DNA from: a bacterium
GTDB taxonomy: Bacteria > DUMJ01
Direction: 5' to 3'
NCBI GenBank assembly: GCA_049970495.1
Contig: JBMFMV010000026.1
Span: 1-15,261, forward strand
Length of the DNA: 15,261 bases
Shown: one piece after another, positions 7,974 to 15,261 of the stretch
Numbering within the stretch: position 1 is the first letter of the stretch
How the letters are laid out: every line of letters starts with the position of its first letter
Translations under genes and position numbers: made by a program
The notes under the pieces: generated by a model
Told to the model about the DNA's origin: nothing
What the model saw: the letters and a program-made list of their open reading frames with translations, nothing else
The model's database searches: none

Positions 7974-8027
7974 AGTATAGATTAATATTGTTAAGAAATT
8001 ATTAAGGACTTATTAACTTTTTGTTAA
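7974..8027 (-). promoter_or_regulatory. -10 TATACT plus four TTAA(C/T)A direct repeats at 11-bp period (OmpR/PhoP-family response regulator array)
   Basis: Minus-strand TTAACA 8027-8022, TTAATA 8016-8011, TTAATA 8005-8000, TTAACA 7994-7989. They span about -60 to -22 relative to a predicted TSS at 7967 and replace the -35. Confidence 0.65.
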
Positions 8028-8059
8028 GGTTTAAGTATAAATGAAATTTCTGATTTCCC

Positions 8060-8088
8060 TTGACTTGAAGCTATTTTAAAGTTAAAAT
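8060..8088 (+). promoter_or_regulatory. Sigma70/sigmaA promoter of the leuD operon
   Basis: TTGACT (8060-8065), 17 bp spacer, TAAAAT (8083-8088). RBS GGAGGT at 8108-8113. Confidence 0.75.
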
Positions 8089-8118
8089 TCACACCAATAT
8101 AGATCTTGGAGGTTAATT

Positions 8119-8613
8119 ATGGTTGGAAAGGTATGGAAGTTTGGAGATAACATAGATACAGACGTTATTATACCGGCTAGATATTTGGTAACACAGGATA
8201 GGTTAGAGTTGGGTAAGCATTGTATGGAGGGTGTAGATCCTACTTTTCCCTCTAAAGTTTCTAAAGGGGATATTATAGTTGCTGGGAGAAACTTTGGATG
8301 TGGAAGTTCAAGAGAGCACGCCCCCCTTGCTATCTTAGGTGCGGGGATAGGTGCAGTAGTAGCAGTAAGCTTTGCTAGAATATTTTTTAGAAATAGTATT
8401 AATGTAGGCTTGCCTGTGCTCATATGTAAAGAGGCGGTTGAAGAATGCGATGAAGGGGATATGCTAGAGATAGAATTAGAATCCGGAAGGATATATAATA
8501 AGTCTAAGAATAGAGAATATAGATCGGAGTCTTATCCGCCTCAACTTATGGAAATTATAAAGAGTGGTGGACTTACAAACTATACTAGAAGGAGATTAGG
8601 ACTTAATGTTTAA
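8119..8613 (+). CDS. leuD: 3-isopropylmalate dehydratase small subunit (short, type-2 LeuD/HacB-like)
   Basis: GKVWKFGDNIDTDVIIPARYL, AGRNFGCGSSREHAP, SFARIFFRNSINVGLP. Overlaps leuB. Confidence 0.93.
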   Translation: MVGKVWKFGDNIDTDVIIPARYLVTQDRLELGKHCMEGVDPTFPSKVSKGDIIVAGRNFGCGSSREHAPLAILGAGIGAVVAVSFARIFFRNSINVGLPVLICKEAVEECDEGDMLEIELESGRIYNKSKNREYRSESYPPQLMEIIKSGGLTNYTRRRLGLNV

Positions 8614-9682
8614 GATAGCTGTTCTTCCAGGGGATGGAATTGGACCAGAGGTAGTTAATGAAGGGGTCAAATTGCTTAAAACGTTAGATAGAGAGTTAAG
8701 TCTTGGACTTGTTTTTGAGGAGGCTATTATTGGGGGTGCTGCTGTTGATAAATATGGAAAACCACTTCCAGAAGAGACTTTAGATGTTGTATTAAATTCA
8801 GATGCAGTATTTCTTGGAGCTGTTGGTGGACCCAAATGGGATAATATAGAAGTTTCTAAAAGACCAGAACAGGCACTTTTGGCTTTAAGAAAAAACCTTG
8901 GTGTTTTTGCCAATATAAGACCAGTAAAGTCTATGAAGCCACTAGTCCCTGCTTCCCCTATAAGACCCGAGATAATAGATGGGGTAGACCTCATAATCTT
9001 AAGGGAGCTTACAGGGGGTATATATTTTGGAGAGCCTAAATATAGAGATAGGGATAAGGCTATTGATACACTAGTATATAATAGGTATGAGATAGAGAGA
9101 ATAACAGATATTGCCTTTAAGATTTCTCTTTCTAGGAAAAAGAAAGTTACTTCTGTTGATAAGGCAAATATATTAGAGAGTTCTAGACTTTGGAGAGAAG
9201 TTGTAAATGAGAAAGCTAAAGATTACCCACAGGTTACTGTAGAACATCTATATGTGGATAATTGTGCTATGCAACTAATAAGAAGACCCAAGGATTTTGA
9301 TGTGGTGCTTACAGAGAATATGTTTGGTGATATATTGAGTGATGAGGCAGGTGCTATCCTTGGCTCTCTAGGTATGTTACCGTCTGCTAGCATTGGAGAA
9401 AAGTATGCCCTTTATGAACCAATACATGGTTCTGCTCCAGATATAGCCGGTAAGGGAATCGCTAATCCTCTTGCCACTATACTTACAGTTGCACTTCTTT
9501 TAAGGTATTCTCTAAAGAGAGAAGATCTAGCTAATACTGTTGAAAATGCTGTAGAAGAGGTACTTAAGGAAGGATATCATACTCCCGATATAAATGTAGA
9601 GGGAGAGATTGTTAATACTTTAAAGATGGGGGACCTTGTGGTAGATAAGGTCTTAAGATTATTAGAGGGTGATAAAAGATGA
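8606..9682 (+). CDS. leuB: 3-isopropylmalate dehydrogenase
   Basis: [68 protein letters not shown]. Confidence 0.97.
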   Translation: MFKIAVLPGDGIGPEVVNEGVKLLKTLDRELSLGLVFEEAIIGGAAVDKYGKPLPEETLDVVLNSDAVFLGAVGGPKWDNIEVSKRPEQALLALRKNLGVFANIRPVKSMKPLVPASPIRPEIIDGVDLIILRELTGGIYFGEPKYRDRDKAIDTLVYNRYEIERITDIAFKISLSRKKKVTSVDKANILESSRLWREVVNEKAKDYPQVTVEHLYVDNCAMQLIRRPKDFDVVLTENMFGDILSDEAGAILGSLGMLPSASIGEKYALYEPIHGSAPDIAGKGIANPLATILTVALLLRYSLKREDLANTVENAVEEVLKEGYHTPDINVEGEIVNTLKMGDLVVDKVLRLLEGDKR

Positions 9683-11235
9683 TATATATCTATGATACTA
9701 CGCTTAGAGATGGAGCTCAGCGCGAAGGGATCTCTTTTAGTGTTGAGGATAAGCTAAAGATTACCCGTAAATTAGATGAGCTTGGTATTCACTATATAGA
9801 AGGCGGATGGCCAGGTTCAAATCCTAAAGATGCTGCATACTTTAATGAGGTTAAGAGTCTTAGTCTCAAAAATGCTAAAATAGTAGCGTTTGGAAGTACT
9901 AGGAGGGTAGATAAGGTAGTTTCTGAGGATACTAACATAAAGGCATTATTAGAGGCAGATACTCCTAGCATTGCTATCTTTGGTAAAAGCTGGAGTTTAC
10001 ATGTAAAAGAAGTCCTTCATACAACTTTAGAGGAAAATCTAAAGCTCATTGCAGATTCAGTTGGCTATTTAAAGTCACAGGGAAAAGAAGTAATTTTTGA
10101 CGCAGAACACTTTTTTGATGGATTTAAAGATAACCCACAGTATGCTATTGCAACTCTGAAGGTTGCAGAAGAGCAGGGTGCAGATTGGATTGTGCTGTGT
10201 GATACAAATGGAGGAAGTCTTCCAAGTTTTGTTGCAGATGCTATAGAAGAGGTAAAAAAGTACATAAAGGCACCTTTAGGTATCCATGCTCATAATGATA
10301 GTGAGTTAGCTGTTGCTAATACTATTGTAGCAGTAGAGAAGGGTATAAAACAGGTACAAGGGACGATAAATGGATATGGAGAGAGGTGTGGTAATGCAAA
10401 TCTTTGCTCTTGTATTCCAATTATCCAGCTTAAGCTGAATATGAAATGTCTCCCTGATGAATCTTTAAGAAAACTCTTTGAGGTTTCTCATTATGTAGAT
10501 GATATAGCGAATAATCCACCCATAAATTGGCAGCCATTTGTAGGGGTATATGCCTTTGCGCACAAGGGTGGGGTCCATGTAAATGCTATATTAAAAAATC
10601 CTAGGACATATGAACATATAACTCCCGAACTTGTTGGTAATAGGCGTAGGATTCTTATCTCTGAGCTTTCAGGTAGGTCAAATATACTATACAAGATACA
10701 GGAGTTAGGTTTAGAGATAGACCTGAATGATTTAAATGTTAGTAATCTCTTAGAAAGGGTAAAGCAGTTAGAGTATCAGGGTTATGAGTTTGAAAGTGCA
10801 GAAGCTAGTTTTGAACTTTTGGTAAAAGAGATGCTAGGAATATATAAACCTCCCTTTGAGGTACAAGGATTTAGGGTATTTATAGATAAAATAGATGACA
10901 AGATTATATGCGAAGGGACTGTCAAGATAAATGTAAATGGGGTTCTTGAGCATACTGCCAGCGAGGGGAATGGCCCAGTAGATGCATTAGATAAGGCATT
11001 AAGGAAGGCGCTGATAAGATTTTTCCCTAGACTATCTGAGATAAAGCTCACAGACTATAAAGTAAGAGTTTTAGAGGGTTCTCAAGGGACATCTGCTACA
11101 GTAAGAGTCTTAATAGAATCTACAAATGGTAGAACTACTTGGAGTACGGTAGGGGTCTCCTCTAATATTTTAGAAGCTAGTTATCAGGCATTAGTTGATA
11201 GTCTATCCTATGGTTTAAGTCTTGCAAATGATTGA
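9679..11235 (+). CDS. cimA: Citramalate synthase (bacterial CimA; LeuA superfamily)
   Basis: [67 protein letters not shown] and a C-terminal regulatory domain ([16 protein letters not shown]). These motifs fit the bacterial CimA clade better than LeuA. Confidence 0.85.
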   Translation: MIYIYDTTLRDGAQREGISFSVEDKLKITRKLDELGIHYIEGGWPGSNPKDAAYFNEVKSLSLKNAKIVAFGSTRRVDKVVSEDTNIKALLEADTPSIAIFGKSWSLHVKEVLHTTLEENLKLIADSVGYLKSQGKEVIFDAEHFFDGFKDNPQYAIATLKVAEEQGADWIVLCDTNGGSLPSFVADAIEEVKKYIKAPLGIHAHNDSELAVANTIVAVEKGIKQVQGTINGYGERCGNANLCSCIPIIQLKLNMKCLPDESLRKLFEVSHYVDDIANNPPINWQPFVGVYAFAHKGGVHVNAILKNPRTYEHITPELVGNRRRILISELSGRSNILYKIQELGLEIDLNDLNVSNLLERVKQLEYQGYEFESAEASFELLVKEMLGIYKPPFEVQGFRVFIDKIDDKIICEGTVKINVNGVLEHTASEGNGPVDALDKALRKALIRFFPRLSEIKLTDYKVRVLEGSQGTSATVRVLIESTNGRTTWSTVGVSSNILEASYQALVDSLSYGLSLAND

Positions 11236-12295
11236 AAAGTATAGAAAGATTATAGATAAAATAGACAAAGAGATATTAAATCTACTTAATGAAAGGGCAA
11301 AGGTAGTTATCGAGGTAGGAAAAGAGAAACTTAAAAGTGATAAACCATTTATAGATATCTCTAGAGAAGAAAGTCATTTAAGAGACCTTCTGACTATCAA
11401 TAATGGCCCACTTCCTAATGAAAGTGTAAGAAATATATTTAGAGAGATTATCTCTTCTTGTCGACTTTTAGAAGGGACTCTAAAAGTCGCCTTCCTAGGA
11501 CCAGAAGGGACATTTACTCATATGGCAGCACTTAAGAGGTTTGGTAGAGACACAATATATGTACCTGCCAGAAGTATCCCTGAGGTTTTCTCTCTTGTAG
11601 AAAAAGGAGAGGTGATATTAGGGGTTGTGCCAATAGAGAATTCTACTGAGGGTGTGGTAAACTATACATTAGATATGTTTATGAGCTCTCCTTTAAACAT
11701 TATTGGAGAGGTAATAATTCCTATATCTCATAATCTTATAGCTAGAGAGGATGTAAAAGAGATAAAAAGGATTTATTCTCATCCTCAGGCATTTGGGCAG
11801 TGTAAAGAGTATCTTGAGAAGAATTTCTTCGGAGTAGATCTTATAGAGGCGAATAGTACAGCAAAGGCGGTAGAAATGGCAAGTAAAGATGGTGAAAGTG
11901 CAGCTATAGGTTCAGAGATAGCAGCAGAAAAGTTCGGACTTAGGATTATTGCATCTAAAATTGAAGATGATCCAAATAATCGTACTAGATTCTTGATAAT
12001 TGGAAGAAATAGTGAGAATAAGGCTACTGGTAAAGATAAGACTATGGTAATGTTCTCTACAGCTCATAAACCTGGTGCTCTATTCAATACCCTTAGATGT
12101 TTTGCTGAGAACAATGTAAATTTGACTATGATACAATCTCGTCCATCTAGAGAAGTTCTCTGGGAGTTTGTCTTTTTTGTGGAATTTCAAGGGCATAAAG
12201 AAGAAGAGCATGTGAGAAAAGCTTTAGAGTCATTAAGTAAAGTTGTATGGTCTTATAGGATAATAGGTTCGTATCCTGAAGAAGAATCTATATGA
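11228..12295 (+). CDS. pheA: Bifunctional chorismate mutase / prephenate dehydratase (P-protein)
   Basis: N-terminal AroQ domain ([19 protein letters not shown]), [38 protein letters not shown] domain KPGAL...IQSRP...FFVE. Start is ATG 11228 or TTG 11222. Confidence 0.95.
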   Translation: MIEKYRKIIDKIDKEILNLLNERAKVVIEVGKEKLKSDKPFIDISREESHLRDLLTINNGPLPNESVRNIFREIISSCRLLEGTLKVAFLGPEGTFTHMAALKRFGRDTIYVPARSIPEVFSLVEKGEVILGVVPIENSTEGVVNYTLDMFMSSPLNIIGEVIIPISHNLIAREDVKEIKRIYSHPQAFGQCKEYLEKNFFGVDLIEANSTAKAVEMASKDGESAAIGSEIAAEKFGLRIIASKIEDDPNNRTRFLIIGRNSENKATGKDKTMVMFSTAHKPGALFNTLRCFAENNVNLTMIQSRPSREVLWEFVFFVEFQGHKEEEHVRKALESLSKVVWSYRIIGSYPEEESI

Positions 12296-13341
12296 AAAGG
12301 ATAAAGATAACTTGGGCTAAACCAGGGGATGTCCTGGGATACCCTATATTTAGAAAGGATGGAGCTGTACTTCTGAACGCTGGGGTGAAGTTAACTGCTT
12401 CTTATATAGAGCAGTTGAAAGAGTTAGGGATTACTCATATATACATACAAGATGAAGTATCGCAAGATATAATAATTCCAGACCCTATAAGTATAGAGAC
12501 AAGAACGGAGGCTCTTAAAGTTATATCAGATAGTTTTCATAGGAGTTGTAAAGGTCTTCCTCTAGATACAGAAGCCATAAGGAAAATTGTGAACGATATA
12601 GTCGACGAGATATTAAATAGTGATCAAATTCTAATTAATCTTCACGACATAAAGAGTTTTGATAATTATATATTTTCTCACTCATTAAGTGTAACTGTAA
12701 TATCTATTATTGTTGGTAAGAAACTTGGTTATAATGATAGGTTTTTGAGAGATTTGGGTATTGGGTGTATGCTCCATGACATAGGTAAATTGGATGTACC
12801 AAAAGAGATATTGGATAAGCCCGAGAAGCTTACTCTAGAAGAGTATGAGATAGTCAAATTTCATACCTATCATGGATATAGGAGAATAATAGAGCAGGAT
12901 AAAGATCTTCCTGCTACATCTGCTCATGTAGCATGGGAACACCATGAGAGATGGGATGGAACTGGGTATCCTAGAGGATTGAAGGGCGAAAAGATACATA
13001 TATTTTCTAGAATAGCAGGTATCTCAGATGTGTATGATGCAATGACATCTGATAGAATCTATAGAAAGGCTTACCCTCCTAACGAAGCAATGGAATTTAT
13101 TATGGGTGCCTCTGGAACACTCTTTGATTATGATATTGTTAATGTCTTTGTTAGAAGCATAGCTCCATATCCTGTTGGCGATATAGTGTTACTTAGTACC
13201 GGAGAAACTGCTATAGTGATAGATATTAATAAAGATATCCCTTTAAGACCTATAGTAAGAGTTCTAAAGAATGATGGATGGGAGGATATTGACCTTACGG
13301 CAAAGACTAATATATCCATCCTCAGATCTCTTGAGGAGTAA
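12292..13341 (+). CDS. HD-GYP domain protein (cyclic-dinucleotide phosphodiesterase family)
   Basis: HSLSV, LHDIGK, HHERWDGTGYPRGL, DVYDAMTSDRIYRK, YPVG. ATGA overlap with pheA. Confidence 0.92.
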   Translation: MKRIKITWAKPGDVLGYPIFRKDGAVLLNAGVKLTASYIEQLKELGITHIYIQDEVSQDIIIPDPISIETRTEALKVISDSFHRSCKGLPLDTEAIRKIVNDIVDEILNSDQILINLHDIKSFDNYIFSHSLSVTVISIIVGKKLGYNDRFLRDLGIGCMLHDIGKLDVPKEILDKPEKLTLEEYEIVKFHTYHGYRRIIEQDKDLPATSAHVAWEHHERWDGTGYPRGLKGEKIHIFSRIAGISDVYDAMTSDRIYRKAYPPNEAMEFIMGASGTLFDYDIVNVFVRSIAPYPVGDIVLLSTGETAIVIDINKDIPLRPIVRVLKNDGWEDIDLTAKTNISILRSLEE

Positions 13342-13347
13342 TTTTTT

Positions 13348-13875
13348 ATGCTGATACTCTCTTTAATCGTCTTTTCTTCTTTAATATTCTTCTTTATATG
13401 GATCTTGTGGACAGAAATTTTTGGCGCAGGTTGGAGTCCTACCCCTATGGAATCAGTAAAGGCAATGCTAAGATTAGCCAATGTAAATCCTAATGATATC
13501 CTATACGATTTGGGGGCAGGAGATGGAAGAATAGTTACAACTGCTGTCAAAGATTTCGGTGCCACAGCCATAGGTTACGAGATAGACCCAATAAGATTTT
13601 TGATAAGTTGGCTTAGGATTATATTCTCTGGCTCTTTAGGTAAAGCAATAGTAAAATATGGAAACTTCTATAAAGTAGATCTAAGTTCAGCTACTGTAGT
13701 TACTCTATTTCTAAGACAACATACTAACGAGAAACTTAGAGAGAAACTAGAAAAAGAGCTTGCTCCTGGAAGTAGAGTTGTTACTTACTACTGGACAGTC
13801 GATAAGTGGAGACCGGTCAAAGCAGATCGTAGGTTAGAGGTATATTTATATATAATAGGTATCTCTAATCTTTGA
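13348..13875 (+). CDS. Class I SAM-dependent methyltransferase with N-terminal membrane anchor
   Basis: Hydrophobic N-terminus, then PTP, LYDLGAGDGRIV, GYEID, ATVVTLFL, GSRVV. Confidence 0.85.
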   Translation: MLILSLIVFSSLIFFFIWILWTEIFGAGWSPTPMESVKAMLRLANVNPNDILYDLGAGDGRIVTTAVKDFGATAIGYEIDPIRFLISWLRIIFSGSLGKAIVKYGNFYKVDLSSATVVTLFLRQHTNEKLREKLEKELAPGSRVVTYYWTVDKWRPVKADRRLEVYLYIIGISNL

Positions 13876-13877
13876 TT

Positions 13878-15261
13878 CTAGTCTTCCTCTAGTCTCTTTT
13901 CTCCAAGATAGACCCTCTTTACTAGCTTTATATTTTTTATCTTTTTTATCTCTTGAAGTATATCATCACTTACAGGACTATCTACAGAGAGTATCATTAC
14001 CGCATCTCTTTCACTTCTTCCTACCTGCATAAATCCTATATTTATATTATTGGCTCCTAGTATTGTTCCTATCTTTCCTATAATTCCTGGAACATCTATA
14101 TGTTCAGTAAAAAGCATATGGGTACTAAAGGCTACATTTAGATAGTAGGTGTTGTATTTTATAAGTCTAGCTTCCTTATTCTCTAGAAGAGTTCCGGAGA
14201 CTCTTACGTTCCCATTGAGCTCTAAAGTTATTAGGTTCTCGAAACCTTCTGTTTCAGAGATTCTTCTTTCTGAAACAGAAACTCCTCTCTGTTTAGCTAT
14301 CAAGAATGCATTCACTAAATTTACTGGAACAGTTAAACCCTGTTGTAGAACCCCGGCTATAGTGCTTGCTGTGATAGGATTACAATCGTACTCTGTTATT
14401 TTACCGCTATATACGACATCTATCTTATTTACCGGGGTATCTATCAATTGAACAGCAAATCTGCCTAGGAGGTCTCCTAACTTCATAAATGGAAATATCT
14501 CTGGATTTTTTATAGTACCTATATTTACCCCATTCTTTACTGGTTCACCTCTAAATAGTCTTAGTATATCTTCTACCACTATCTGAGCTACTCTTTCCTG
14601 AGCTTCTACAGTAGAGGCTCCTAAGTGAGGTGTTACTATTATCTTATTATTCTTTAAGACTGGTGAATCACTAGGTGGTGGTTCTTTCTCAAATACGTCT
14701 ATGGCTGCTCCTGCTACTATCCCTTCCTCTATAGCCCATATAAGGTCCTGCTCATTTATAATGCCCCCCCTAGCACAGTTTATAATCCTTACTCCACGTT
14801 TCATCTTTAAGAAGGCTGACTTATCTATAAGATTTCTTGTATCAGAAGTTAGAGGGGTATGTAAGGTAATGAAATCGCTATTAGCGTATAATTCTTCTAA
14901 AGTTACCGGTTTAATCCCCATCTCAATAATTCTTTCTTTAGTTATATAAGGGTCATAGCCAATTACTTCCATACCAAAACTTAAAGCCCTCTGACTTACC
15001 GCCAGTCCTATCCTACCTAACCCAATCACTCCTAGAGTCTTTCCATAAAGTTCCACCCCTACAAACTCTTTTCTCTTCCATTCCCCTCTTTTAAGAGAGG
15101 CGTTAGCATCAGGAATATTTCTTGCTAAAGATAGCATTAAAGCAAATGTATGTTCACAGGCAGAGATAGTATTACCTTCAGGGGCATTTACTACTATAAT
15201 GCCCCTTTCAGTAGCTGCATCCACATCTATGTTATCTACACCTACCCCTGCCCTCCCTATT
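13878..15261 (-). CDS. serA: D-3-phosphoglycerate dehydrogenase (with ASB and ACT domains), 5' part beyond the window
   Basis: The frame stays open to the window edge (IGRAGVGVDNIDVDAAT...). Motifs GLGRIG, INCARGG, DVFEKEP, TPHLGASTVEAQ and C-terminal ACT DVPGIIGKIGTILG. The ORF-track start at 15224 is internal. Confidence 0.96.
   Translation of the reverse strand, partial: IGRAGVGVDNIDVDAATERGIIVVNAPEGNTISACEHTFALMLSLARNIPDANASLKRGEWKRKEFVGVELYGKTLGVIGLGRIGLAVSQRALSFGMEVIGYDPYITKERIIEMGIKPVTLEELYANSDFITLHTPLTSDTRNLIDKSAFLKMKRGVRIINCARGGIINEQDLIWAIEEGIVAGAAIDVFEKEPPPSDSPVLKNNKIIVTPHLGASTVEAQERVAQIVVEDILRLFRGEPVKNGVNIGTIKNPEIFPFMKLGDLLGRFAVQLIDTPVNKIDVVYSGKITEYDCNPITASTIAGVLQQGLTVPVNLVNAFLIAKQRGVSVSERRISETEGFENLITLELNGNVRVSGTLLENKEARLIKYNTYYLNVAFSTHMLFTEHIDVPGIIGKIGTILGANNINIGFMQVGRSERDAVMILSVDSPVSDDILQEIKKIKNIKLVKRVYLGEKRLEED

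Noticed and set aside
7935..7985. Plus-strand 16-aa ORF MRGYLVLMSFDTYSID with a GGGAGGTG RBS, considered as a leu attenuator leader peptide
   Set aside because: Only two non-adjacent Leu codons, no downstream terminator/antiterminator, and leuD has its own promoter further downstream. The RBS+ATG is better explained as the mirror image of the minus-strand sRNA's anti-SD core. Translation by read-through is not fully excluded.
7989..8035. TTAA repeats as a CRISPR array, iterons or transposon end
   Set aside because: Units are only 6 bp with 5-bp variable spacers, and no cas, rep or transposase gene is nearby.
1..15261. CTAG/TCTAGA sites look frequent although CTAG is avoided in many bacteria
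   Set aside because: Not quantified, spread evenly through coding regions, and explicable by CTA/AGA codon preference. It is a genome-wide trait rather than a local element.

Overview
AT-rich bacterial chromosomal window. The codon and amino-acid style suggests an anaerobic thermophile, but this is an impression only. Left arm (minus strand, ~6144->1): a tightly packed putative sugar-acid catabolic operon encoding a DUF1576-like membrane protein, a LarA/DUF2088-like (lactate racemase fold) protein, a small Cys-rich DUF6485-like protein, a DUF1537 four-carbon acid-sugar kinase, a PdxA-family dehydrogenase and a GH3 glycosidase cut by the window edge. It is preceded by a decayed PIF1-like helicase/WYL gene with a frameshift and a large in-frame deletion. 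A divergent Zn-dependent dehydrogenase follows. The 227-bp gap after it appears to hold an unannotated ~78-nt minus-strand small RNA: four TTAA(C/T)A boxes at exact 11-bp period (PhoP/OmpR-like), a TATACT -10, a 5' GAAA hairpin, an anti-Shine-Dalgarno/anti-AUG core and an intrinsic terminator. Right arm (plus strand): sigma70-type promoter, leuD-leuB-cimA-pheA-HD-GYP-methyltransferase, converging on a partial serA.
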